64,000 nt of DNA, from NCBI GenBank assembly GCA_963674705.1, contig OY771506.1, forward strand, positions 192,001 to 256,000. The letters are read 5' to 3'. Each line of letters begins with the position of its first letter. Position 1 is the first letter of the stretch. This DNA comes from Phycisphaeraceae bacterium. GTDB lineage: Bacteria > Planctomycetota > Phycisphaerae > Phycisphaerales > Phycisphaeraceae. The notes under the pieces are model-generated. The model was not told the origin of the DNA, did no database searches, and saw nothing but the letters and a program-made list of their open reading frames with translations. Below, in pieces: positions 18,479 to 28,326 of the stretch. Both the position numbers and the translations under genes were made by a program.

Positions 18479-18810
18479 TGGAAGCTCCTTAACGCCGAGT
18501 TCGTGTCATCAAAATGGTCAAAGCGATTTCCCAGGCCAGTGAGGTCTAGGATCTCACGGATGGTTTCGTTGATCGCACACAATTTCAATGCGCGGCCACC
18601 CGCTGCCAGCGTGTCATTGGCTTCGACCAATACCTCAAGCCCCCGGCTATCAACGAACGGTACCTTCGTAAGGTCCACAACCACACGGCCGGAACTCTCC
18701 GCAAGCACCTCGGTGAGTTTGTTCTTGAACTGTTCGGCGTCGTCCTGGCTTAACGCGCCGTCCGGCTCAAGTACCGTCACCGCTCCCTGTGTCTGCTCGT
18801 TGATCTGCAT
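18475..18810 (-). CDS. STAS-domain anti-sigma-factor antagonist-like protein
   Basis: VVVDL..V.FVDSRGL with the conserved Ser; ATGA overlap with pilB. Confidence 0.9.
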   Translation of the reverse strand: MQINEQTQGAVTVLEPDGALSQDDAEQFKNKLTEVLAESSGRVVVDLTKVPFVDSRGLEVLVEANDTLAAGGRALKLCAINETIREILDLTGLGNRFDHFDDTNSALRSFH

Positions 18811-18816
18811 TACTAC

Positions 18817-20661
18817 TTATGCCGCCTCTGCGTTATATGGCAGGTACAGTGTGAACGTACTGCCTTGATTCAGTTCGGAACTGGCCTCGATATCACCGCC
18901 ATGACGGCGCACAATCTCCCGAGCGATCGGCAAACCAAGTCCCGTGCCGACGATCTCAGATACGCGGCTATCCTTGGCTCGATAGAACCGATCAAAAATT
19001 TTCTCTAACTCCTCCTTGTCGATACCAATGCCTTTATCCTTGATCGCAACTGTGAGTTTGCCATTATTGGCGGTAACACTGACAGTGACTTCACCGCCGG
19101 CAGAGGAATACTTGATTGCATTACCCACCAGGTTGTGCAGAGAGATTGCCAGCTTGTCGCGGTCTCCTTGGATAACAGGCAGCTTGGGTGGCAGGTCAAA
19201 CTTGAGGCTGATCTTCTTCTCCTCCGCCTGCTGACGGAAGTCGTGTCCGATCGTTTCAAAAAGATCATCCAAGCGGATATCGTCGTGGCGCAGGGTCATC
19301 GATCCGGCCTCAATCTCAGAGACCGAGAGCATGTCGTTAACCACCTGGGCAAGGCGCTGCGTCTCCTGATTGATCACATTCAGACAACGGCCGCGTAACT
19401 CGGCATCGTCCTCGCCGTCGTCTACTGCGGCTTCGACGTTCAGGCTGATGTTTGTCAGCGGTGTACGCAGCTCATGGGCAACCTGTGCCACAAAGTTTCG
19501 CCGTGTCTCTTCTGCGATACGGTTTTGCGTGATATCTTCGATGACAACCAGAACACTCCTGCTGGCTCCCTCACCCGTGACACGGATGCTGTATCGAAGT
19601 GCTTCAATCCGGCCGTGATTATCATGCTCGACATTAATCGAGCGCCGTCGACCATCAGCGTTATGAATCACCTCATTGATCGCATTGGCAATCTGCTCAT
19701 CATCAAAGACATCCGTTACTTCACTGTTAACCAGGTTGTCACGCGAGGACTTCAGCAGCACCGCTGCCGCGCCGTTGGCATAAGTAATGCGTTTTGCGAT
19801 ATTGACCATAACAACGCCATGCCACAATGCGTCACCGATCAGCCCAAACGAACCCGCACCGGTCTGCCCATTAGCAGCTGAGTCAAGAGCTCGGTCCAGC
19901 ATGCTTGCACGGTCTTCTTCGTCGCGCTGCTGCACCAAACGGTTCCAGACATGGGCCTCGGGCCCCATCGCATCACTTATCTTCAATGCCTTGGCGTCCA
20001 CTTCACCCTGTTCCAGTGACAGCAGGGCTTCGCGGATCATGGCATAGGGCACGACACGCGACTTAGCAGGACGCCAGAGAAACATGAACAGGATGAGGAT
20101 GGCGCCGATGATTCCCGCGGTAACCACGGATGTCATCCCCGCTTCCCAAGTAGATTCGCCGGTTAGTGCGGCGACACGCAGGATCACCGTCCCACGGCCT
20201 GGCAGTTGTATCGGATAAATAATCGTCAACGTACCATCGTCTATCTGCTGGGATACATCATCCGTAGCCGATCCGCCTTCCCAGGTATCGGGCAAAGCAC
20301 TGACCGTGGCATTGGCCGGATCCATATCCGCGAGGATCGAGCCATCGGGCAACTCTATACGGCAGACTTCAAACGCAGCCTGATTGGCGGATTCAGCAAG
20401 CAACCTGCGAGTTGCAGTCAGATCGCCACCAGACAGCATTGCATGAGTGCTGTCGGCCAGTAGTTGTGAGATTGAAACGATTCGGGCCGTAGTCGCACTG
20501 ACCACAGCGGTTCGCTCGGCGCGCACAGACCACCAGCCCATCAAACACAGACCAACCAGAACCGCGGCAACCATCGTGCCGAGGATCGGCCCGATCATGG
20601 TTTCCACCGGTCCCAGTTTCAGTAACTTCCTGGTGTCGGTCCCTTCACCCGGTTCCAACAT
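18817..20661 (-). CDS. Membrane sensor histidine kinase (PAS, HisKA, HATPase)
   Basis: Two TMs; HELRTPL, NLVGNAIKY, DKGIGI, FDRFYR and GTGLGL motifs. Confidence 0.95.
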   Translation of the reverse strand: MLEPGEGTDTRKLLKLGPVETMIGPILGTMVAAVLVGLCLMGWWSVRAERTAVVSATTARIVSISQLLADSTHAMLSGGDLTATRRLLAESANQAAFEVCRIELPDGSILADMDPANATVSALPDTWEGGSATDDVSQQIDDGTLTIIYPIQLPGRGTVILRVAALTGESTWEAGMTSVVTAGIIGAILILFMFLWRPAKSRVVPYAMIREALLSLEQGEVDAKALKISDAMGPEAHVWNRLVQQRDEEDRASMLDRALDSAANGQTGAGSFGLIGDALWHGVVMVNIAKRITYANGAAAVLLKSSRDNLVNSEVTDVFDDEQIANAINEVIHNADGRRRSINVEHDNHGRIEALRYSIRVTGEGASRSVLVVIEDITQNRIAEETRRNFVAQVAHELRTPLTNISLNVEAAVDDGEDDAELRGRCLNVINQETQRLAQVVNDMLSVSEIEAGSMTLRHDDIRLDDLFETIGHDFRQQAEEKKISLKFDLPPKLPVIQGDRDKLAISLHNLVGNAIKYSSAGGEVTVSVTANNGKLTVAIKDKGIGIDKEELEKIFDRFYRAKDSRVSEIVGTGLGLPIAREIVRRHGGDIEASSELNQGSTFTLYLPYNAEAA

Positions 20662-20712
20662 AGCCTCCTCCTTCAGGAGCAGCCGCGATAACTCTTGGCT
20701 ACTTCCTGAGGA

Positions 20713-20739
20713 ATATCGGCAAGAGAGTAGTAGGTCTGA
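20713..20739 (-). promoter_or_regulatory. Putative sigma28-type promoter of the kinase-pilus operon
   Basis: Minus strand TCAG-acctactactctctt(15)-GCCGATAT. Confidence 0.62.
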
Positions 20740-20983
20740 GGTAGGGCTTGCCTACTATGTGAAAGGTTTGCTGTCCGGTAATCACCCCCGGATCGTTATA
20801 AACCGTACCGCTCTACCGATAACCGGGTGAATCGTTAAGCGTGATGTTTATAACTTTTTACGGACGTTGCTAAATTGCACCTATATCGCAACGTAAGCGC
20901 ACAGGTTAAACCTCGTGCTATCGCACGGGTTAACCACATATTTGTAGTATCTGATAAATGTGTGTTACCGCAGCTGATCAGGA

Positions 20984-21679
20984 TCAATACGGTGACATCG
21001 TCTCGTAGCGATAGGTCATCCGATCAGGATCAAATGCATCGAAAACGGCGACGTGTCCGTCAGCAAACGCGGTGTTTAACATGCCATCATGATGCGGCGC
21101 CCAGTGGTCATCATCCTGAGCAAATACCTGTGTCAGGAAAGTGTAATCATCCTTGTCGGCATCGGTCAACGGACCGAGGTCACTGAAACCGCTGAAGTTG
21201 TTGTCGCCGGTGATAACGAAGCTGTCCGGGAAACGAACCTTCTCACGGTCAACAGCAGCGAATTGTTCGCCGGCATCAACATAAGCGGCACGGGCGCCCA
21301 AGAAGTAGTGGAACGGGCTCTTCAGCGGATACGCGCCGCAACCCGACAGTACGTCCTTCTCGGGCAGATATGACACAACCTGTTGCATCCAAGACGGCAT
21401 CTTGGTTTCAGGATCAACCTCTTCCCACGGGACCAAACCCCCAGCGATGGTGTAAAGGCTGTCATTGTCGTCAGCGTATTGGTTCAAGCCGTCATCGATG
21501 CGCTTAAGCTGGATTGAGCAACCGATCTGTCGGGACGCGGAACGCACGCCACGGAAAGATGGCAGCAGCAGCACCATGAGGATCCCCAGAGCGACGATCA
21601 TCACCAGCATCTCGATGAACGAATATCCCTCGCGGGCAACCGTTCTATCAGTGCGTGATTGTTTTACATTCGACTTCAT
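20984..21679 (-). CDS. Prepilin-type N-terminal / H-X9-DG domain protein (DUF1559-like)
   Basis: GYSFIEML...LLP; C...LK; C-terminal H-DGMLNTAFA-DGHV. Confidence 0.88.
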   Translation of the reverse strand: MKSNVKQSRTDRTVAREGYSFIEMLVMIVALGILMVLLLPSFRGVRSASRQIGCSIQLKRIDDGLNQYADDNDSLYTIAGGLVPWEEVDPETKMPSWMQQVVSYLPEKDVLSGCGAYPLKSPFHYFLGARAAYVDAGEQFAAVDREKVRFPDSFVITGDNNFSGFSDLGPLTDADKDDYTFLTQVFAQDDDHWAPHHDGMLNTAFADGHVAVFDAFDPDRMTYRYETMSPY

Positions 21680-21830
21680 GATGGTGTTACACCTCAGTGT
21701 GGTCGTACTAATACCCCAGTTCTACGGTCGGTCATTATAGCCTATCTTTCCACCTGTCACTACTGATATCGACGATTTGGGCCCGAAAAGTCCACGTCCA
21801 AATACCTGTTATCGGGTTAAAAATCAGTAA

Positions 21831-22415
21831 TTATTCGTTACAGAGCTTAGTATCGATAACCTCGCACATACTGTGGTAAAGCACCTGGTGGGCCTCCTGA
21901 ATCCTCGCTGAGGCTTCGTTCTGGACGATTATCTCCACCTGGGCCATCCCACGGGCTTTCCCGCCATCCCTACCCAGAAACGCCAAAGTCGCCAGATTCA
22001 ACGATTTGGCCTCTTCAAGGGCACGAACGATATTGGATGAATTCCCGCTGGTTGTGAGTACCAGCAGCACATCCCCGGGACGGCCGTAGGCCTGTACCTG
22101 GCGGGCAAAAATATTATCAAAGCCATAGTCGTTACTTACCGCGGTTAGCGTGCTAGGCGACTCGGTGAGGGCGATTGCGGGATAACCCTTACGATCCTGG
22201 ACAAACCGCCCTACAATCTCGGCCGCGATATGCCCGGCATCAGCGGCACTCCCCCCGTTGCCACAGATCAGCAGCTTATTGCCCTCCAGAAGAGCATCCA
22301 CGATTATTTGCGCCGCACGCCCCAGAGCCTCAGTATGCTGACTGAGATTCTGGATCGTCCGTACCGTGTCTGCGATGTTTCGTTCGAGGATGTCTTTGGC
22401 GTTGAGTTCGTTCAT
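21831..22415 (-). CDS. gmhA: Phosphoheptose isomerase (SIS domain)
   Basis: GNGGSAADA.H.AAE, NDYGF, TSGNS and RIQEAH motifs. Confidence 0.9.
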   Translation of the reverse strand: MNELNAKDILERNIADTVRTIQNLSQHTEALGRAAQIIVDALLEGNKLLICGNGGSAADAGHIAAEIVGRFVQDRKGYPAIALTESPSTLTAVSNDYGFDNIFARQVQAYGRPGDVLLVLTTSGNSSNIVRALEEAKSLNLATLAFLGRDGGKARGMAQVEIIVQNEASARIQEAHQVLYHSMCEVIDTKLCNE

Positions 22416-22454
22416 ATCTTTGGTTTTGAATACTTCTTTAAATTCTGTTGCTGT

Positions 22455-23549
22455 TTATCGCAGGCGGTCCAACAGATTGGCCAAAACGACACGGTTGTCG
22501 CCGCAGATGTAGTCGAGTGTACCGCCCATCCGGGCGAAGCTCTTGCAGAACCGCAGGTAGTACGCGGGGCTGTCCTTGGGTGGTTCGCCTCGGGTCCAGT
22601 CCCAGCCGCCGGAGTCCTGCAGGTCGACCACGGTCATGTGGTGGTTCTCTACACACTTACCTTCCTGTGCCAGCAGATTATTCGCCAGACTCATCGCTTT
22701 TTCGAACACCTGCGGGCTCATGATCGCCGAGCCTACGCTGAGGTATACCCCGCCGGAAAGGTTCTTCACGCCCTGGGCGAAAATACGTGTATCTGTAGCA
22801 CTCGCCCGGCCGATCGCCCCGCCGTGAAACATCGGGTGATTGGTGATGATGTCGTAGCCGATGCCCGGATGGACGGTCAGCGGGATCCTATGCTGGAAAG
22901 AGCCGGCAAGTGCTGAGTACTTCTTATAAGGATGTTCGACCTTGTGTCTGCCGGTAGAAAGACTGAATCGCTTCATTACGGCAAGTAAATCGGCCCGGGC
23001 GGCAGTCAGGGAATCCGCGGGATTATCAGCAATCTGTTTAGCTAGTGCCTCAGGCTCGGGTAGCGTGTAGCCCTCTTCGTAAACCAACCGCCCTACTGCT
23101 TCGCCCCAGCCGATGCCCTCAGCCGCACCAATCAGCGCCGCAAGGTTCAGGTATCTGCCTGTCTCGTCCCATGTACCGAAGCACCCTTTGGGCGTGTTGT
23201 CACGGACGGACTCGCTGGACTTGCCGTGGTATGCAAACTCCCAATCATGGATGATGCCCGCACCCTGTGTGGCAAGGTGCGTAATAAGGCCGGTCTCCAG
23301 CAGTGCATTGACCAATGGGCCGCAGCCATTTTTGATAACGTGTGCCCCGTAAACGAGCATGACAGACGCGTTGCGTTCGCGTGCCTTGCGGATGCGGTCT
23401 GCCAAGCGTTCGACCTGGCCTCGCATCGCACCGGGTTCTGGTGGCGGAGCAGACGGATCGATCGCGTCCTGCTCAATCTGGATATAACTCTTGCGCTTGG
23501 CAAGCGGCAGGACACGGATCTGGCTGGGATCGATCGCTTCGTAAGGCAT
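22455..23549 (-). CDS. Conserved protein, deoxyhypusine-synthase-like/GSU2086-like fold
   Basis: GAHVIKNG, G.IHDWE, TVH.GIG.DI and GSA..P.VF.KA motifs; family recalled, not searched. Confidence 0.6.
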   Translation of the reverse strand: MPYEAIDPSQIRVLPLAKRKSYIQIEQDAIDPSAPPPEPGAMRGQVERLADRIRKARERNASVMLVYGAHVIKNGCGPLVNALLETGLITHLATQGAGIIHDWEFAYHGKSSESVRDNTPKGCFGTWDETGRYLNLAALIGAAEGIGWGEAVGRLVYEEGYTLPEPEALAKQIADNPADSLTAARADLLAVMKRFSLSTGRHKVEHPYKKYSALAGSFQHRIPLTVHPGIGYDIITNHPMFHGGAIGRASATDTRIFAQGVKNLSGGVYLSVGSAIMSPQVFEKAMSLANNLLAQEGKCVENHHMTVVDLQDSGGWDWTRGEPPKDSPAYYLRFCKSFARMGGTLDYICGDNRVVLANLLDRLR

Positions 23550-23656
23550 GGTTGGGTAACACGGTCTTTGTAAAACGAGTAGAAGTCAAATTCCGAAACA
23601 ATACCCCCTCGGGATAGTGGGTTCACGCCCAATATACCGATACGACGTCCTAAACG

Positions 23657-23681
23657 AAAAACCCCCGTCTTTCGACAGGGG
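23657..23681 (-). terminator. Intrinsic terminator after ACP
   Basis: Minus strand CCCCTGTC-GAAA-GACGGGGG-TTTTT. Confidence 0.8.
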
Positions 23682-23710
23682 CTTCGGAGAAGAAACAGGT
23701 TATTGCCTGA

Positions 23711-23944
23711 TTACAGGTGCTTTTCGATAAAGGCGACAGCCGTGCTGATGTCTTTCACGCCCAAGGCGCCCTGCTCGTCCATCTCGATATCGAATTCTTC
23801 TTCAAATGCAGCGACCAGCTCGACGCTCTGGATCGATTCGGCGCCCAGATCTTCCACAAAACGTGAATCGTCTTTGACCATTGATTCATCGATCTTCAAG
23901 GTTTCCGCGGTCACTTTCTTAACACGTGCTAGGGTGTCTGACAT
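23711..23944 (-). CDS. Acyl carrier protein (atypical GAESIQ motif)
   Basis: 77 aa, acidic; F.EDLGA[E]S...VEL...FEEEF.IE pattern. Confidence 0.88.
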   Translation of the reverse strand: MSDTLARVKKVTAETLKIDESMVKDDSRFVEDLGAESIQSVELVAAFEEEFDIEMDEQGALGVKDISTAVAFIEKHL

Positions 23945-23965
23945 AACGTATAGCTCCTCTCGGGT

Positions 23966-25951
23966 TTAAGCGTTGACGGTCAACGATTTTTTCAGTTTCT
24001 CGATACGGGTGCTCAGGTCCTCAATGGCCTGTTGCATTTGTTTTACGAACTTATTGCCATCATACGTGCCGCGAACCGCTTCGAAGTCGGCAGCCACGTC
24101 GTCCGGCGAACCATCCTGGCCGAAGCCGACCTGTGTCACCGTGTCGAATTCCTTGCCGGCGTCGATCAGGATCAGCTTCAGGAACTTGCTCTGATCGGTC
24201 AGCAACTGATCGGCAAGTTTCTCAGCATCATCAGCCTTGAGCTCGGTCTCGAAGACATGCTTGTATGCTTCGAGTACCCAGGCCCACTCATCTTCATCAT
24301 ACGCTGCAAGGATCGCATCGAGCGCCTTGTTGAATCCAGCGAGGTCAGCAACCTTGCCCGACTCGACATCTGCATACAGGCTTTCGAGCCGATCGGCGGG
24401 CATCATCTGGCCACCGATGTCGACCCACTTCTTGCTGTATACGGCATCCGGCGCAGCCGCCAATGCCTTATCCAGTGAATCGCCCTTCTCGATCGCCCTT
24501 TCAATCCGTGCAACGACCTTCTCGAGCAGGTAGGTGTGGATACCTGAGCGATAGTACTTCACGCCGCCACGCAGCAGTACACGTTTAACCTGCGCGCCTT
24601 CGATCGTGACGGTGTCGACGGACTTGTCGGTCTTGTCCATTAAAGCTTTGATCCGGTCGTGGCCGTTGATCATCCGGCCGACTACGAGCGGACAGAAGAC
24701 GTCGAACGTAATACGGTCTCGCTTGAAGCCTTCCTTGCGGCGGTCACGTGCGGGCCACTTCGCGCCGTCGCGGACGGTGCCGACGGTCGAAAGGTTCAGG
24801 CCGGGCACGACCATGCAGCGACCATCGTGAGCCGCTTCAATGTGGCTGAACGGCAGGTCCGACAGGTCGAACGTGCGTGTGTGCTTACCCAGCACAACGG
24901 AGAACGGACCGACGCGGCAGGGCCACATCATGTAGCTGAAGCTGCCGGTCTTGCAGCCGCGTTCGAGCTTGCCCTCGTGGACGGGACCTAGCTTGTACAT
25001 GTGGTTGGACTGGTTGGTACCGCTGCCCGCGTTGTAGAAGCTGAACATGCCGGCGATCAGCAGTGTGGACTTATGGTGAGTTACGGTGTAAGGCCCGGCG
25101 AAAATGCTGCATGCCTCGCCGTGGAAGCCTTCGCAGTTAGCGAAGAAAACAGAACCTTCCGCCGAGTACTGCTTACCAATCTGACAGCCTTGGCCGACGA
25201 AGCTCTTGCTGACGATCGCGCCTTCGGTGACCTTGGATGCTTCACCGATGATAAAGCCGTGGGCCTGGATGGCGTCGCCGATCAACGTCGGCGCCGCGGG
25301 ATCGGAGAGGATCGTGCCGTTGACCAGTGCATCAGCACCCCAGACAGTCGCGGCCGCGCCGATATTCACATCAACGATGCGTGACACGCCTGCGATCTTC
25401 GCACCGGCGCCGATCGTGCCGGTGTCGGACTTCACTGCTGCAATAGCTTGCTCAGCGTAAGCCTCAAGCTTCTTGATGAAGTTGGGCTTGTAGCGATGCA
25501 GACACAACAGGTATGCAAACTGGCTGGACATCTCGTTGAAGAGCTTGATCTCACGACCGCCGCCTTCGTTGAGGACTTCGATCTCGACACCGTTGCCAAA
25601 CGTCGCACCGGGATTGGTCTGCAGCACACCGACGTCCTCGATGCACGCACCGTCACCGATGCAATAGTTGGCGATGTGCGAACCGATGCGGGCGATACGG
25701 GCATTGTCACCGACCGTGCAGCTGATCAGCGTCGCTTCCTCGATGCCGCTGGGACGCTCGATGCCCGAGGCACAAGTGACGTTACCGGCCAATGAGCCGA
25801 TCTTCACTTCGCCCTCGAACACAACATCGTACACACGTGCCGGATCGAATCCGTCGGCGACCGAGACCTTGGCACCCTCGGCGAACCGGCAACCCTGTGC
25901 CTTGAGTTGCTCGATCTGACTTGCCGTCAGCGTTTGATAATTCTTACTCAT
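23966..25951 (-). CDS. DUF4954-like protein with left-handed beta-helix-like repeats
   Basis: FGNG..V.NE.GGRE, GEACSIFAGPYTVTHHKSTLLIAG and GSG.NQSNHMYKLGP.H.G motifs recalled as DUF4954. Confidence 0.75.
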   Translation of the reverse strand: MSKNYQTLTASQIEQLKAQGCRFAEGAKVSVADGFDPARVYDVVFEGEVKIGSLAGNVTCASGIERPSGIEEATLISCTVGDNARIARIGSHIANYCIGDGACIEDVGVLQTNPGATFGNGVEIEVLNEGGGREIKLFNEMSSQFAYLLCLHRYKPNFIKKLEAYAEQAIAAVKSDTGTIGAGAKIAGVSRIVDVNIGAAATVWGADALVNGTILSDPAAPTLIGDAIQAHGFIIGEASKVTEGAIVSKSFVGQGCQIGKQYSAEGSVFFANCEGFHGEACSIFAGPYTVTHHKSTLLIAGMFSFYNAGSGTNQSNHMYKLGPVHEGKLERGCKTGSFSYMMWPCRVGPFSVVLGKHTRTFDLSDLPFSHIEAAHDGRCMVVPGLNLSTVGTVRDGAKWPARDRRKEGFKRDRITFDVFCPLVVGRMINGHDRIKALMDKTDKSVDTVTIEGAQVKRVLLRGGVKYYRSGIHTYLLEKVVARIERAIEKGDSLDKALAAAPDAVYSKKWVDIGGQMMPADRLESLYADVESGKVADLAGFNKALDAILAAYDEDEWAWVLEAYKHVFETELKADDAEKLADQLLTDQSKFLKLILIDAGKEFDTVTQVGFGQDGSPDDVAADFEAVRGTYDGNKFVKQMQQAIEDLSTRIEKLKKSLTVNA

Positions 25952-25968
25952 AACTCATTACCTTTCAG

Positions 25969-27159
25969 TCAGGCTTGACTCATTTCATAGGTATCGATGG
26001 CGATAGCCGCCTCTTCGTTTGTTGGTATTACCAGCACCGCAACTCTACTGGCGTAGGAACTGATCTTGGATGCACCTTTCGCGGCCTGGTTCGCCGCCGC
26101 ATCCAGTTCAACGCCGATCTGGTCGAGGTTAGAGCAGATCGCGGCACGGATATCTGCAGCGTTTTCACCGATCCCGCCGGTGAAGACCACAGCATCCAGT
26201 GTGCCCAGGGCAGCGGTGTATGCACCGATGTACTTCTTGATCCGGTAGGCGAAAACATCCAACGCAAGCCGAGCTCGTTTATCACCCTCTGCCGCTTTCT
26301 CGGTCAGGGTGCGCATGTCGTTAGACGTGCCGGATATCCCCAGCACGCCGGACTGCTTGTTGCACAACTTGTTCATATCCGCGACGGAATAGCCTTTACC
26401 CGCCAGGTAGAACAAGATCGCCGGATCAAAGTCACCGGTGCGTGTCCCCATGGGAACGCCTTCCAACGGCGTCAATCCCATCGAGGTATCCACACTCTTG
26501 CCCTTGCTGACAGCGGCGATTGAGCTGCCGTTGCCGAGGTGGCAGGTGATACAGTTGATATCATATTTTCCTTTTCCGAGCATCTCCGCCGCTTTTCGCG
26601 CGACCCAGCGGTGGCTGGTGCCGTGGAATCCATAGCGACGGACGCCGTACTTCTCATACAACTCGTACGGCAGAGCATACATGTACGCGACCTCGGGAAT
26701 GGTCGTGTGGAAAGCGGTATCAAAACACGCGATCTGTGGGACGTTCGGCATCGCGTGCTGCGCGGCACGGATACCGGTTAGGTTCGGTGGATTGTGAAGC
26801 GGCGCCAGGTCGGCGACCTTGTCGATCGAGGCGATCACCTCGTCGTTGATCACGACCGAACCGGTAAACGCTTCACCGCCATGAACGACACGGTGTCCCA
26901 CGGCTTTGATTTCATTAATGTCTTTGATGACGCCGTCATTGGGATCGACCAGCGCCTCGAGAATAATATCCATACCGGTGTCATGGTCCGGCACGGGCTT
27001 TTCAATCTTGTTTTTACTGCCGTCGTGTTCGTAGATCAGAGCCGAGCCTTCGTTGCCTATACGGTCAACCATGCCTTTTGCAATAACGTGTTGCTCGGGC
27101 ATGTCGAAGACTTGAAACTTGATCGACGAACTGCCGCAGTTGACTACCAACACAATCAT
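25969..27159 (-). CDS. ackA: Acetate kinase
   Basis: NCGSSSIK, GHRVVHGG, APLHN, FDTAFH, HLGNG and TGGIGEN motifs. Confidence 0.97.
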   Translation of the reverse strand: MIVLVVNCGSSSIKFQVFDMPEQHVIAKGMVDRIGNEGSALIYEHDGSKNKIEKPVPDHDTGMDIILEALVDPNDGVIKDINEIKAVGHRVVHGGEAFTGSVVINDEVIASIDKVADLAPLHNPPNLTGIRAAQHAMPNVPQIACFDTAFHTTIPEVAYMYALPYELYEKYGVRRYGFHGTSHRWVARKAAEMLGKGKYDINCITCHLGNGSSIAAVSKGKSVDTSMGLTPLEGVPMGTRTGDFDPAILFYLAGKGYSVADMNKLCNKQSGVLGISGTSNDMRTLTEKAAEGDKRARLALDVFAYRIKKYIGAYTAALGTLDAVVFTGGIGENAADIRAAICSNLDQIGVELDAAANQAAKGASKISSYASRVAVLVIPTNEEAAIAIDTYEMSQA

Positions 27160-27211
27160 GTGTCTGGCTCCTGTTGTGGTACGCCCCGGCCTGGCCGGGC
27201 AGGTCTAATTG

Positions 27212-28195
27212 TTATGTCATAGCAATGCAGATAGCGGTGGTTGCGACGACGTCCGAAGCGCTTGCGCCGCGAGATAAATCACTGATCGGTTTGGCAAAAC
27301 CCTGTAGGAACGGCCCGATCGCCGCCGCGCCCGCCATGTACTGCGTCAATTTGTATGCAATGTTGCCCGCGTCGAGGTCGGGGAAGATCAGCACGTTCGC
27401 CTGGCCGGCGACTTCGCTGGGCTCCTTAACCTTCTTCGCGGCGACCTTGCCGATGATCGCTGCGTCGGCCTGGAACTCGCCATCGATCATCAAATCAGCG
27501 GCGCGCTGCTTTACGATCGACAACGCTTTGGTGACCTTGTCGATGTCATCATGTGCGGCGCTTGCCTTAGTCGAGAACGAAAGCATTGCGGTGCGTGCAG
27601 GCTCACCCAGGAGCTTCTCGCCGCTGGCGTGGCTGGCCAACGCGATGTCCGCAAGTTCGGCCGCGTTCGGTTGGATGTTTACCGCGCAGTCGGCATAAAT
27701 GAACGGCTTATCCTTTGTGCCCTGGAAGTCGGGAACAACCATCAGGAAGAAGCTGCTGGCCGTTTCGATGCCGGGTGCGTATCCGACGGTCAGCGCGCCC
27801 GCCTGAATCACGGTCGCGGTCGCGTTGGCGACGCCGGCAACGAGCGTATCCGCATCGCCCTGCGCAACCATCATGCCGCCGTAGAAAAGCGCACGCTTAA
27901 CCATACGCTGCGCAATGCCTGACTTCATGTCGCGGGCCTTGGCGTAGGCTTCGGTGTAGGCTTCGAGTTTGTCGCTGGTCTTCGGGTCAATGGTCTTGAT
28001 ACCGTCCAGCGAGACACCGCCCTGCTCCGCGGCAGCCTTGATCTCTTCTTCTTTGCCCAAAAGGATCGGCTCGGCGATCCCTTGGTCCTTGATCTGTCTT
28101 GCGGCTTGCACGATCCGCTCGTCATGGCCTTCCGGTAGCACGACCGAACGTGACATCCCCTTGGCTTTTTCAACAAAATTGTCGACGATACCCAT
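27212..28195 (-). CDS. pta: Phosphate acetyltransferase
   Basis: LPEG, DCAVN..P, DGEFQADAA, FPDLDAGNI.YK and DLSRG motifs; SD before ATG 28195. Confidence 0.96.
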   Translation of the reverse strand: MGIVDNFVEKAKGMSRSVVLPEGHDERIVQAARQIKDQGIAEPILLGKEEEIKAAAEQGGVSLDGIKTIDPKTSDKLEAYTEAYAKARDMKSGIAQRMVKRALFYGGMMVAQGDADTLVAGVANATATVIQAGALTVGYAPGIETASSFFLMVVPDFQGTKDKPFIYADCAVNIQPNAAELADIALASHASGEKLLGEPARTAMLSFSTKASAAHDDIDKVTKALSIVKQRAADLMIDGEFQADAAIIGKVAAKKVKEPSEVAGQANVLIFPDLDAGNIAYKLTQYMAGAAAIGPFLQGFAKPISDLSRGASASDVVATTAICIAMT

Positions 28196-28239
28196 GCTGT
28201 GTAATCCTCCAAATGCATGGCTGAGGTTTATGTAAATGC

Positions 28240-28303
28240 ACGAATGACGAATGACGAATGCCCGAATGTCGAAGTACGGCGTTCGTACATTCGACATCCG
28301 GGC
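28240..28303. repeat. Heptamer (CGAATGA)n-armed hairpin element between nagB and pta
   Basis: cgaatgacgaatgacgaatgcccgaatgtcgaa ... ttcgacatccgggc. Confidence 0.7.
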
Positions 28304-28326
28304 TCCGTCAGTTCAGTCTGTCTGTT

